Positions 18,726 to 28,177 of a stretch of DNA of 64,000 bases are shown here, one piece after another (the first letter of the stretch is position 1; the number at the start of each line of letters is the position of its first letter). Origin of the DNA: Candidatus Eiseniibacteriota bacterium. GTDB lineage: Bacteria > Eisenbacteria > RBG-16-71-46. The DNA lies in the NCBI GenBank assembly GCA_044223005.1, contig JBGAML010000003.1:224001-288000 (forward strand), read 5' to 3'. Both the position numbers and the translations under genes were made by a program. Below the pieces are notes generated by a model. The model had not been told where the DNA came from and searched no databases. It worked only from the letters and a program-made list of their open reading frames with translations.

Positions 18726-20297
18726 TCAGGCGCCGCGCAGGCGGTCGTGCAGCCGCGCGACACTCCGCAGCGCGAGCGCGAGGCCGGTGAGCGTCGGGTT
18801 CAGCGCTCCGCCGGGATTGACGAACGTCGAGAGCCCGAGCACCCAGAGCCCCGGCGTGCCGTGCACCTCGCCCCACGCGTTCACGACGCCGTCGGCCGGG
18901 GACTCGCTCATGCGGCACGTGCCGGCGTAGTGGTTGAAGATGCCGAACGCCAGGATCGGCGGGTACTCCCAGTCCGTCCCGCCGCTGCCGTGCGCGAAGC
19001 GCTCGAACAGGTCGCGCCCGAAGTCGTAGGTGTGGCGGTCGAAGTCGGAGAGGTCGTAGTGCACCTCGATCCGCGGATCGCCGAAGCGGTCGCGCGTCTT
19101 CGCGAGCTGCACGTACTTGCCGTCGTCACCGATCGCTTCGGCGTGGATCGCGATGCGGCGGCAGCGCCGCGAGAGCTCCGCGATCGCGAGTGCGCGCTCG
19201 ACGGTGTCGGCTCCCGCGGCGTCGTCGATGTGCTTCTGCATCGGGCTCGAGGGGAACTCGACCTTCACGCCGCCGATCCGCCCGCGGCCCTCGGGGTTGC
19301 AATACTGCTCGCTCTGGCCCGTCCACGGTCCGAGCCGGCCGGCCCACAGCTTCTCGCGGTAGTGCACGTGGCCGGCCCAGATGTGGTGGAACGTGAGGTT
19401 CCGCCCGACCTGGCCGCTGGCGTTGCCGAGCCCGTTCGGGTGGCGCGCGTCGGTCGATAGCAGCAGCAGTCGCGCCGATTCGAACGCGCCGGCGGCGATC
19501 ACCACCTGGTCGGCCGCGAACTCCTCGTCGCGCGCGGCGTCGTGAGCGCGCACGAGCAGCGCGCGGGCGCGGCCGCTCGCGTCCGTCACGATGCGGCGGA
19601 CCGACACGTTCGCGCGCACCGTCACGCGCCCGGTCGCGACGGCCTGCTGCAGGTGAAAGGTGGGCGAGTAGCGCGCACCGACGGGGCAGACGGAGCACGA
19701 GTTGTAGTTCTGGCAGCCGGGCCGCCCGCCGTAGTCGTGGCGCAGCCGCGCCTGCGGCGTGGTGTGCACGTGCAGCCCGACCTTCGCGAGCCGCTCGGCG
19801 AGCATCCGGTCGTCCCACGTCAGCTCGAACGGCGGCAGCGGGTACGGCCGGCTCCGCGGCGGCGCCCACGGGTTGTCGTCGTCGGTGCCCGAGACGCCCA
19901 TGCGTTCCTCGGCCGCGCAGTACCACGGTTCGACGTCGGCGTACGTGAGCGGCCAGTCGTCCGCGTAGCCCAGCGCGGAGCGCGTCTTGAAGTCGACTTC
20001 GCGCATGCGCATCGTGAGCCCCGTCCACTTGGTGGCGGCGCCGCCGACACGCGCGACGACCTCGTCGGTGAGGTCGGTGCGGTAGTCGCCCGTCATGTCG
20101 ATGCGCTTCAAGTCCTCGCCGATCGCCCAGCGCGGATCGTCGACGTTGTAGCGCACGCGCTCGAGGAACGGCTCGGTGTGCGGGTACGGGTAGTCGGGCC
20201 CCTTCTCGAACACCGTGACGTCGTGCCCCAGCGTCGCGAGGTCGAGTGCGAGGTTGGCGCCCACGGCGCCCGAGCCCACGATCGCGACGCGGCTCAC
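18726..20297 (-). CDS. GMC-family FAD oxidoreductase (sugar dehydrogenase catalytic subunit type)
   Basis: IVGSGAVG, RVGGAATKW, DWPLTY, CQNYNSCSVCPVGA Cys cluster, HYAGTCRM, NPTLT. Confidence 0.88.
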   Translation of the reverse strand: MSRVAIVGSGAVGANLALDLATLGHDVTVFEKGPDYPYPHTEPFLERVRYNVDDPRWAIGEDLKRIDMTGDYRTDLTDEVVARVGGAATKWTGLTMRMREVDFKTRSALGYADDWPLTYADVEPWYCAAEERMGVSGTDDDNPWAPPRSRPYPLPPFELTWDDRMLAERLAKVGLHVHTTPQARLRHDYGGRPGCQNYNSCSVCPVGARYSPTFHLQQAVATGRVTVRANVSVRRIVTDASGRARALLVRAHDAARDEEFAADQVVIAAGAFESARLLLLSTDARHPNGLGNASGQVGRNLTFHHIWAGHVHYREKLWAGRLGPWTGQSEQYCNPEGRGRIGGVKVEFPSSPMQKHIDDAAGADTVERALAIAELSRRCRRIAIHAEAIGDDGKYVQLAKTRDRFGDPRIEVHYDLSDFDRHTYDFGRDLFERFAHGSGGTDWEYPPILAFGIFNHYAGTCRMSESPADGVVNAWGEVHGTPGLWVLGLSTFVNPGGALNPTLTGLALALRSVARLHDRLRGA

Positions 20298-20884
20298 GCG
20301 GCCCCCGCCGGCGGCGCGTCGAGGCCCGCGAGCCCGGACGGCTCGCCCGGAACGCGGTCGTAGCCGAGGCGCCGCCAGACGTCCGTGCGCAGGAAGAGCT
20401 TGCGGATCTCGTGCTCGACCTGCTGCGACCAGCGCAGCGCGTCGCGTTCCGCGACGCCCGCCACGACGCGCCGCCAGCCGCGACGCGGCGCGAGCGCGCG
20501 GAGCACGCGCCGGCGCACCGCGACGTCGGCGCTCGCGAAGTCGCGCGCGCCGGCGCGGCGCGCGGCGCCGTTCGCCCAGCGGGCGAAGCCGTCGTAGAGC
20601 GCGCGCAGCCCGGGCACGTTCTCGGCGCGCCACGCGAAGAAGTCGGCGTACGTCGCGTCCGTGATCGGATCGCCGAGCAGCGTGCGCGCGGTGGCGACGA
20701 GCACCGCGCGCGTGCCCTCGGCGAGCGGGCCCCGCGGCGCGGGTGCGATCGCGGGCTTCGCGAGCCAGAGCAGGAGCTGCCGGCGCTTCCAGCCCACGGC
20801 GCCGGCGGCGAGGCCGAGGCCGGCGAGCGCGACGACGGCGAGGAAACGGCGGCGGCTGGTCGGGCGTGCGGGGGATGCGGTCAT
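20294..20884 (-). CDS. Tat-exported small subunit (gluconate 2-dehydrogenase subunit 3-like)
   Basis: SRRRFL twin-arginine signal; DFASAD, WRRLGY..PG motif; GTGA coupling to the GMC gene. Confidence 0.7.
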   Translation of the reverse strand: MTASPARPTSRRRFLAVVALAGLGLAAGAVGWKRRQLLLWLAKPAIAPAPRGPLAEGTRAVLVATARTLLGDPITDATYADFFAWRAENVPGLRALYDGFARWANGAARRAGARDFASADVAVRRRVLRALAPRRGWRRVVAGVAERDALRWSQQVEHEIRKLFLRTDVWRRLGYDRVPGEPSGLAGLDAPPAGAA

Positions 20885-21110
20885 GAGCGGTCCCGGGACT
20901 CGACGACGATCGGTCGTGCAAACCGCCCGGGTGGGGCCGAACGGGGAAGTGGCGCGCGGGCACACTAGCAGGAGCGCGCGCGCGGCCGAAGCGCCGAAAG
21001 CCCGGCCCGGGAGCACGTTGCCCGCTCGCGCGTCGCCGCGTCGCCGGAACTGCGTGTACGCTCCGCTCGCCACGGGCGAGGGCCGCGTCCGGGCGACGTG
21101 CGCGCGCCGG

Positions 21111-21138
21111 GGAACCCGCGCGGGGCTTCGTTCGTCCA
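21111..21138 (+). promoter_or_regulatory. ECF-type (probably autoregulatory) promoter
   Basis: GGAACC-N16-CGTCCA directly upstream of the ECF sigma gene. Confidence 0.65.
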
Positions 21139-21163
21139 TCCGTCGAATGCAGAGGAGGAGCGA

Positions 21164-21727
21164 CTGGCCGACTTCGACGAGGCAGGACTCATCGCCCGGT
21201 TGCGGGCACGCGAGTCCGAGGCACTGGGTGAACTCTTCCGGTGGCTGGGAGGTCCCATGACCACGCTGGCGAGCAGCATGCTGCGCGATCGCGACGAGGC
21301 GAACGACGTCGTCGAGGACGCGCTGCTGCGGGTGCACCGGGCCGCGCCGGGATTCCGGGGCGAGCGCGGGCTGCGCACCTGGACGCTGCGGATCGTGGCG
21401 AACCTCTGCCGCGACCGGCTGCGCCGGCGCCGCTTCATCGCGCCGACGCCGGAGGGCGAGGATCCGTTCGAGCGCGCGGGCCTGGCGTTCGATCCGATCG
21501 CGGACTGGGACGCCGGGCTCGACCAGCCGGCGCTCGCGGCCGCCGTCGAGCGGGCCATCGAGCAGTTGCCGACGGACCAGCGGGAAGTGGTGGTGATGCG
21601 GCACCGGCTCGGGATGTCGCACGCCGAGATCGTGGACGCACTGGGCGTCCCCGAAGGCACCGTGAAATCGCGGCTCGCCCGCGCCCTCGAGGCGATGCGG
21701 ACGACCGTGCGGGGGTTGGACACATGA
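21164..21727 (+). CDS. ECF RNA polymerase sigma factor (probable CTG start)
   Basis: DEANDVVEDA region 2, LRTWTLRIVANLCRD, region 4 EIVDALGVPEGTVKSRLARA; GGAGGAG SD just before in-frame CTG 21164. Confidence 0.85.
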   Translation: MADFDEAGLIARLRARESEALGELFRWLGGPMTTLASSMLRDRDEANDVVEDALLRVHRAAPGFRGERGLRTWTLRIVANLCRDRLRRRRFIAPTPEGEDPFERAGLAFDPIADWDAGLDQPALAAAVERAIEQLPTDQREVVVMRHRLGMSHAEIVDALGVPEGTVKSRLARALEAMRTTVRGLDT

Positions 21728-22068
21728 ACGACATCGATCGCGGCGACGAACGCCTGGCCCGGCTGCTCGCGGCCACGCACGCCGAGGCGGACCCGGCCGT
21801 GCTCGTCCGGGCGCGCGCCCGGCTGCGCGAGAGCGAGCGCATGCCCGCGCTGTTCGCGTGGTTCGGCTCGCCGGCGGGACTCGTGCTCGCCGCGCTGCTC
21901 TTCGTCTCGGTCGCCGGCCTCTCGGTCGCGTGGAACGAGCGCGAGACCACGCGGAGCGACGCCGCCACGCTCGTCAGCACGCTGGTGGGCGACGACGATT
22001 CGTACGGCCTGCCCGGTGACGCGACGCGCGCCGTGGAGACGGCGGACAGCGGGAAGGTGACACCGTGA
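21724..22068 (+). CDS. Putative single-TM anti-sigma factor
   Basis: ATGA overlap with the sigma gene; short N-domain, one TM (GLVLAALLFVSVAGLSVAW). Confidence 0.6.
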   Translation: MNDIDRGDERLARLLAATHAEADPAVLVRARARLRESERMPALFAWFGSPAGLVLAALLFVSVAGLSVAWNERETTRSDAATLVSTLVGDDDSYGLPGDATRAVETADSGKVTP

Positions 22069-22517
22069 ACCGCGCGGCCGTGGTGATGCTCGTGGTCGCG
22101 ATGGCGCTCGCAGGCGCGGCGCTGGGTCTGCTCGCGGGCGTGATGCTCGCGCACCACGCCCTGCCGCTGCACGGGCCCTGGCCGGCACGCGCCGAGCTGG
22201 GTCCGCCGCCCGGTGCGCACCCGCCGATCGAGCGCGTTCTGCCGCGCCTGGCACGGGCGCTGGACCTGACGCCGGAACAGGTGCGCCGGCTCGAACCGAA
22301 ACTGCGCGCGTCGCAGCTCCAGTTCGAAGCGGCGCGCGAGAGCCTGCGCGGCCGAATCGACGCCGAACTGACACCGCAGCAGCGCGTGCGGTGGCGTGAG
22401 ATGCAGAAGCGACACGAACACATGATGGGCCGCAGGGGTCCCTTCCCGGGTGAACTGGGGCGCGGGGACACGACCGCAGACCGGCCGGGTGCCGGAGAAC
22501 ATGGAGAATCGAGATGA
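22065..22517 (+). CDS. Membrane-anchored periplasmic LTXXQ (Spy/CpxP/heavy-metal-sensor-like) protein
   Basis: N-terminal TM; LDLTPEQ and LTPQQ motifs. Confidence 0.75.
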   Translation: MNRAAVVMLVVAMALAGAALGLLAGVMLAHHALPLHGPWPARAELGPPPGAHPPIERVLPRLARALDLTPEQVRRLEPKLRASQLQFEAARESLRGRIDAELTPQQRVRWREMQKRHEHMMGRRGPFPGELGRGDTTADRPGAGEHGESR

Positions 22518-23287
22518 ACCGCAAGCCCCACGTGACCCTGTCGGCCCTCGCGCTGCTCGCCGTGACGGCGCTCGCCGCTTCGGCCGCGACCCCGGCTCGG
22601 GCGCCGCATGCTGCGGCCGCGCCGCAGGTGGCGCCCGCTCCCGCGCCGGACGACGCCGACGGCATGTTCGTGTCGCTCTTCGACGACGGCGACGACTTCG
22701 ACGGCGCGATGGCGGTCGACGCCGCCGGACCGGGCCCCGCGGGCCGGAACGACGCGCACCCCGGCATGGGTCGCGGCGGGATGCACGCCGGCGGCGCCGA
22801 CTGCGGCATGCAGTGCGGATCGCGCGGCGGCCCGATGATGAAGGGTGGCATGCGCGGCGCGTTCGGCCACCGCATGATGCCGCCGATGGCCGGCATGCGG
22901 CCGTTCGGGCACATGGGCGCGGCGCTCGGGCTGACCGATGCGCAGCGCCAGAAGCTGCAGGACATCCACGAGCGCCAGCAGCGCCGTGCGGTGCAGGCGC
23001 GCGCGGACATCGAGATCGCGAATCTCGACCTGCGGCACGCGATGCGGGCCGAGAACCCGAGCGCGACCGAGATCGGCACCCAGATCGACCGGGTCGCGAA
23101 GCTGCGCGCCGACCTGCAGAAGTCGCGCGTCGCGACGATGCTCGAAGCGCGTGCGGTGCTGACGCCCGAGCAGCAGAAGAAGATGCGCGAGCTGCACGAG
23201 GCGGGCCCCGGGCCGGGCATGCACCCCGGCGGCGGTCGCGGCCTCGGCATGGGGCACGGACCCGGCGGTGCGAGCGACTCGCAGTAG
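22514..23287 (+). CDS. Spy/CpxP/ZraP-family periplasmic chaperone
   Basis: Signal peptide; Met/Gly/His-rich linker; LGLTDAQ and LTPEQ motifs. Confidence 0.85.
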   Translation: MNRKPHVTLSALALLAVTALAASAATPARAPHAAAAPQVAPAPAPDDADGMFVSLFDDGDDFDGAMAVDAAGPGPAGRNDAHPGMGRGGMHAGGADCGMQCGSRGGPMMKGGMRGAFGHRMMPPMAGMRPFGHMGAALGLTDAQRQKLQDIHERQQRRAVQARADIEIANLDLRHAMRAENPSATEIGTQIDRVAKLRADLQKSRVATMLEARAVLTPEQQKKMRELHEAGPGPGMHPGGGRGLGMGHGPGGASDSQ

Positions 23288-23313
23288 CGACGCGGCGGCA
23301 CGAGCGACGGCAC

Positions 23314-23342
23314 GCGGCGCGGGAGCGATCCCGCGCCGCGCG
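23314..23342 (+). repeat. Palindromic intergenic element, copy 1 (terminator/REP-like)
   Basis: gcggcgcgggagcgatcccgcgccgcgcg followed by gctttt; 28/29 identical to 25471-25499. Confidence 0.6.
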
Positions 23343-23432
23343 GCTTTTCGCGCATGGCCCGGGTGTCGCCCGCGCAAAAGGTATAACCTGTGCGGGTCCA
23401 GTCCCCCGCGAATGCCCGACGGAGGATGAGCC

Positions 23433-25442
23433 ATGCGGAACCGCTTCTTCGCAGCCGTGATGTCGGGCGTCCTGGTACTCGCGGCTCCGGGGGCACAGGC
23501 CCAGGGCTGGAGCAGCCTGGGGGCGCCCATCGTCGAAGCGCCACATGCGGCGCTGTACGTGCATGCCGTCTCCGACGGCGCCGACGGCGTGATCGTCGCG
23601 TGGACGCAGGATGTCGCGACCACGGCGATCGCCGCCGCCCAGCGAGTGGGAGCCGACGGCGTTCCGGTGGCCGGTTGGCCCGCGGGCGGCCTCGTCCTCT
23701 GCTCGAATCCCGACGCGCGGCCGCAGGTCGGCGCCATCGCCAGCGACGGCGCGGGTGGCGCGTTCGTCGCGTGGCAGGACCTGCGCAGCATCAACTGGAC
23801 GAACATCGCGCTGACGCACGTGCGCGCCGACGGCACGATCGATCCCGCCTGGCCCGAAGACGGCCTGGTGATCGCGCCGATCGCGCAGGACCAGCGCCAG
23901 CCCGTGCTCGTCGCCGACGGCGACGGCGGCGTTTTCGTCGCGTGGTCCGACGGGCGCAACAGCGGCGCGAGCTTCACACGGGACGTCTACGCGACGCACC
24001 TGCAGGGCGACGGGACCCGGGTGCCGGGGTGGGCCGCGGACGCGATGCCCGTCACGGTCGCGTCGACGGTCGACGACGAGCCGGCGATCGCGACCGACGG
24101 CGGCACCGGACTCTCGGCCGGGCTCTACGCCAGCTGGACGCGCACCGACGCGGGCGGCAACCAGCAGGTGGGCGCGCAGCACCTCGGTGCGAACGGACAG
24201 CCGGCGGCCACGTGGCCCGACACCGGCATCGTGCTGACGAGCGGACCGACCTACCACAACTCGTCCCGCATCGTGACGGGCGCGGGAGGCCGTGCGATCG
24301 CGGTCTGGCAGGACCGCCACGACTACGGCGGCGGAGACACGGAGATCGACTACGTCGCGCAGTGCTTCGGCCCCGACACGGCGTGCGCCGCAGGCTGGGC
24401 GCACGCGGGCCGCGTCGTGGCCGGCAACACGAATCGCAAGTACGGCCCGATGGCCGTCGCGGACGGATCGGGCGGCGTGCTGGTCGCCTGGGGCGAGCGC
24501 CCGACGTTTCTCGACGAGAACGTGTACGTCGCTCACATGGATGGCAGCGGATTGCTCATCACGTCGGTGGACTTTCCGGACGGCATCGTGACCGCGTGCG
24601 CGGCGGCGGCCGACCAGGATCCCAGCTCCATCGCCGCGGATGGCACGGGCGGGGCGTTCGTCGGCTGGGCCGACTGGCGCAACGGCACGACGGCGCCGTT
24701 CCCCTCCGACGTCTACGTCCAGCACGTGCTCGCGACCGCGCGGGTGGCGAACGGTTGGCCGGGTGACGGCGTCGCGCTCACGCAGGGTCCCGCGGCCGAG
24801 GTCTCGCCGCTCGTCGTCGCCGCGGGCACGACGGACGTGATCGCTGTCTGGCAGCGCAGCGGGGGCGTGTTCGCGTCCAAGGTGATCGGCGACGGCTCGG
24901 TGGGGACTGGTGCTTCGCTCCTCGCGGCGAGCGCCGCAGGCGGCATCGTGCGGGTCACGTGGCAGGTGTCGGCGCCGCCGGGCTGCGCGTATCTCGTGGA
25001 GCGCCGCGAGGCCGCGACGGGATGGCGCGAACTCGCGCGCGTGACCGCGGACACCGAGGGGCGCCTGGGTCTCGAGGACCGTGACGTGATCGCGGGCGGC
25101 CGCTACGGCTACCGGCTCTCGGACGCGGCGAGCGGTACCGTGGCCGACGAAGCATGGATCACCGTTCCGGCATTCTCGCCCGCGCTCCGGCTCGCGGGGC
25201 CATGGCCCAACCCGATCGCGGAGCGCGCGCGCGTGAGCGTGGAGCTGCCCCTGGCCGGGGCCGCGACGCTGGTACTGGTCGACGCGCAGGGACGCGCTGT
25301 GCGCCAGTGGGACGTGGGTGGGGATGCCGGCGAGCACGAGCTACAGCTCGGTGAACTCGGCGGCGCGCCGCCGGGTGTCTACTGGCTTCGGCTCGTGCAG
25401 GGCGGCCGCTCGCAGGCGAAGCGGGTCGCGCTCGTCCGCTGA
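23433..25442 (+). CDS. Secreted beta-propeller-repeat protein with T9SS type A/FlgD-like C-terminal domain
   Basis: GGAGG SD; signal peptide; about 8 xDGxGGxxVAWxDxR repeats; CTD WPNP...DAQGRAV...GVYWLRL...KRVALVR. Confidence 0.8.
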   Translation: MRNRFFAAVMSGVLVLAAPGAQAQGWSSLGAPIVEAPHAALYVHAVSDGADGVIVAWTQDVATTAIAAAQRVGADGVPVAGWPAGGLVLCSNPDARPQVGAIASDGAGGAFVAWQDLRSINWTNIALTHVRADGTIDPAWPEDGLVIAPIAQDQRQPVLVADGDGGVFVAWSDGRNSGASFTRDVYATHLQGDGTRVPGWAADAMPVTVASTVDDEPAIATDGGTGLSAGLYASWTRTDAGGNQQVGAQHLGANGQPAATWPDTGIVLTSGPTYHNSSRIVTGAGGRAIAVWQDRHDYGGGDTEIDYVAQCFGPDTACAAGWAHAGRVVAGNTNRKYGPMAVADGSGGVLVAWGERPTFLDENVYVAHMDGSGLLITSVDFPDGIVTACAAAADQDPSSIAADGTGGAFVGWADWRNGTTAPFPSDVYVQHVLATARVANGWPGDGVALTQGPAAEVSPLVVAAGTTDVIAVWQRSGGVFASKVIGDGSVGTGASLLAASAAGGIVRVTWQVSAPPGCAYLVERREAATGWRELARVTADTEGRLGLEDRDVIAGGRYGYRLSDAASGTVADEAWITVPAFSPALRLAGPWPNPIAERARVSVELPLAGAATLVLVDAQGRAVRQWDVGGDAGEHELQLGELGGAPPGVYWLRLVQGGRSQAKRVALVR

Positions 25443-25470
25443 CGACGCACGTGCGACGCAGGGTTTCATG

Positions 25471-25499
25471 GCGGCGCGAGAGCGATCCCGCGCCGCGCG
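25471..25499 (+). repeat. Palindromic intergenic element, copy 2
   Basis: gcggcgcgagagcgatcccgcgccgcgcg followed by ccgttt. Confidence 0.6.
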
Positions 25500-25627
25500 C
25501 CGTTTCGCCTCCCGCAACTCGGCGGTCGGCACGGCCCGAAATCGCTACCGCACTCGCGAGACGGCCCTCTACGCTTTTCGGGCCTGCACCTCGTGCTTCC
25601 GCCGGCCCCACCCGGAGATTCGCCGCC

Positions 25628-28141
25628 ATGCGCCGCGTGTCCGTCGCTCCTGCGTTCGCCCTGCTCGCCGCGTCGATCCTCCTCGTGTCGCGCGCGGGCG
25701 CCTCCACGCTCGTTCCGCCACTGCACGACGAGGAGGCACAGCGCGAGGCTCGCGAGGCCTGGCGGGCGAGCCTCCACGCCGCGGCGCCCGGCACCGATTG
25801 GCGTGCGATCGAGGCGGCGAACCACGAGGCAGCGCGCCTGCTGCTCGACGCCCGGCCGTTCGCCGCCACCGCGGCCGCGTGGTCCGAGCGCGGTGCGGTC
25901 GGCGTGACGGGCCGCACCATGACCGCGGCGGCAAGCCTCGCCACGCCGGGCCGGATCTTCGTGGGCACGGCGCTGGGCGGGCTGTGGTCCGGAGACGCGC
26001 ACGGCGCGACCGCGTGGACGCCGATGACCGATGCGCTCGGGATCGGCGTCGCGCAGGTGGTGGTGGTGCCCCGCGTCGCCGGCCGCGACGATTTCGCGAT
26101 CACCGACGGCAACGGCCGCGTGTTCGCGAGCGCCGACGGCGGCGTGACCTGGAGCGTGCCGTCGGGCCTGCCGTCGGGCGCCTGGGGCGGCCGGCGGCTG
26201 CTGCAGGACCCGTCGTCCCCGTTGCGCCTGTACCTGATGCTCAAGAACTGGTTCTGGACGGGCTCGGCGTGGGAGGTCGACGACTACCTGCTGCGCAGCA
26301 CCGACGGCGGGCTTTCGTGGATCACGCTGATGCACGTGCCCGAGGGGCCCGGGAACGACTTCTGGATCAGCCGCGTCTCGGGCTCGAACCTGTACTGGCT
26401 CTCCGGGCGCACGTTCCTGCGCTCGACCGACGCCGGCGCGACGTTCGTCCCGATCGGCGTGCTCGCGGGCTCCGCGGCGACGACCGACGTTCGCCTCGCG
26501 GCGTCCGAAGCGGGCGCGCCCAAGTTCTACGCCACGGTCCAGGACGCCGGCGGCTGGTCGCTCCACACTTCGAACGGTGGCGCCTCGTGGCAGCTGCGCG
26601 TCCCGACGATGACCGACTACTGGGGCACGCTGGGCGCCGCGATCGGCGACTCGTCGCTGGTCTTCGCCGGCGGTGTCGACCTGCGGCGGTCGACGAACGG
26701 AGGCGCGTCCTTCGCGCCGGTCAACAGCTGGGTCGACTACTACAGCGATCCGACGCACGCGCTGCACGCCGACATGATGAGCGTCACCAGCCTGCGCGTT
26801 CCGCCCGTGGGCGGCGGCGCGCCGCAGGAGATGACGTACGTCCACTGCGACGGCGGCACCTACGAGATGCCGCTCGCGTCCGCCGTGCCGACCAACCTCA
26901 CGCAGGCGGACTTCCGCAACTCGCAGTACTACGGGCTGCGAACGAGCCCGATCCACCCGAACGTGATCTCGGCGGGCTCGCAGGACCAGGGGTACCAGGT
27001 CACCACCGCGCCGCCGGCCTTCACGCAGGTGATCAGCGGCGACTACGGCCACCTCACGGGTTCGGCCTCGACCAACGACATGGTGTGGTCGTGCTATCCG
27101 GGCTTCCTCATGCTGCAGACGCAGGAGAATCCGGTCGCGCTCGACCTCCCGGCCTCCGGCTCCGGCTATCCGAGCGACACGGGCATCCAGTGGATGCCGT
27201 TCCTGCGTGCCGATCCGGCCGATCCGACGGCGGTGTATTTCGCGGCGCGACATCTCTGGCGCGTGAAGCACACCGCGCCGGGCACGTTCGCGTCGCTCGC
27301 GTCCTACGGCGACTTCGACAACGGCACCGGGGACTTCGTCGGGGCCTTCGCGATCGCGCCGTCCAACCGCCAGCGCTGGTACGTGGCCACGGGCAACGGG
27401 CGCTTCTGGTACTCGAGCAACGCCGGCGCGACGTGGACGCTCTCGCCGAGCGCCGGGCCCGGCTCGCACTACTTCTACGGCAGCGACCTGATCGTCTCGC
27501 CGACCAACCCGCTGGTCGCCTACGCGTGCGGTTCGGGCTACAGCAACCCCGGCGTGTACGTCACCACCGACGGCGGTGCGACGTGGTCGCCGTACGGCGC
27601 GGGCCTGCCCTCGACGCTGGTGCACGGGCTCGCGTTCGACAACGCGACGTCGCAGGTGGTGTACGCCGCGACCGAGGCGGGGCCGTGGCGGTGCGTCGGC
27701 GGGACGTGGCAGAACCTGCTGCTCGCCGCCCCGGGTGCGCCCCTGACGGACTACTGGTGTGTCGAATCCGTCCCGGCGCTGGGCGTCGTGCGCTTCGGCA
27801 CGTACGGCCGCGGCATCTGGGACTTCCAGACGGGTGCCACGCTCGATGCCGGTGAGTCGCGCGGCCGCACACTGCGGCTGACCGCGGGGCCGAGCCCGAC
27901 ACCCGGTGCCGCGACGATCGCGTGGTCGCAGGCGCACGCGGGCGACGCGCGCGTGGAGGTGTTCGACGTGACGGGCCGCCGCGTCGCCGCACCGGTCGCG
28001 GGCTGGCGCCCGGCCGGCGCGCAGGCCGTCGCGTTCGACGGCCGCGACGATCGCGGCCACGCGCTGGCGGAAGGGCTCTACCTCGTGCGCCTCGTCGCCG
28101 GGGACGCGCGCGCGGTCGCGCGCCTGCTCGTGCGGCGCTGA
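25628..28141 (+). CDS. Secreted BNR/Asp-box (VPS10/GH74-like) beta-propeller protein with FlgD/T9SS-like CTD
   Basis: Signal peptide; at least 7 S/T-x-D/N-G/A-G-x-T/S-W/F Asp boxes; GTYGRGIW; CTD FDVTGRRV...FDGRDDRG...GLYLVRL. Confidence 0.8.
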   Translation: MRRVSVAPAFALLAASILLVSRAGASTLVPPLHDEEAQREAREAWRASLHAAAPGTDWRAIEAANHEAARLLLDARPFAATAAAWSERGAVGVTGRTMTAAASLATPGRIFVGTALGGLWSGDAHGATAWTPMTDALGIGVAQVVVVPRVAGRDDFAITDGNGRVFASADGGVTWSVPSGLPSGAWGGRRLLQDPSSPLRLYLMLKNWFWTGSAWEVDDYLLRSTDGGLSWITLMHVPEGPGNDFWISRVSGSNLYWLSGRTFLRSTDAGATFVPIGVLAGSAATTDVRLAASEAGAPKFYATVQDAGGWSLHTSNGGASWQLRVPTMTDYWGTLGAAIGDSSLVFAGGVDLRRSTNGGASFAPVNSWVDYYSDPTHALHADMMSVTSLRVPPVGGGAPQEMTYVHCDGGTYEMPLASAVPTNLTQADFRNSQYYGLRTSPIHPNVISAGSQDQGYQVTTAPPAFTQVISGDYGHLTGSASTNDMVWSCYPGFLMLQTQENPVALDLPASGSGYPSDTGIQWMPFLRADPADPTAVYFAARHLWRVKHTAPGTFASLASYGDFDNGTGDFVGAFAIAPSNRQRWYVATGNGRFWYSSNAGATWTLSPSAGPGSHYFYGSDLIVSPTNPLVAYACGSGYSNPGVYVTTDGGATWSPYGAGLPSTLVHGLAFDNATSQVVYAATEAGPWRCVGGTWQNLLLAAPGAPLTDYWCVESVPALGVVRFGTYGRGIWDFQTGATLDAGESRGRTLRLTAGPSPTPGAATIAWSQAHAGDARVEVFDVTGRRVAAPVAGWRPAGAQAVAFDGRDDRGHALAEGLYLVRLVAGDARAVARLLVRR

Positions 28142-28146
28142 CGCGG

Positions 28147-28177
28147 GACGCGCGGCGCGCGCCCCTCGCCGCGCGTC
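28147..28177. terminator. Hairpin between convergent genes
   Basis: gacgcgcggcg-N9-cgccgcgcgtc, 11-bp stem. Confidence 0.5.
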
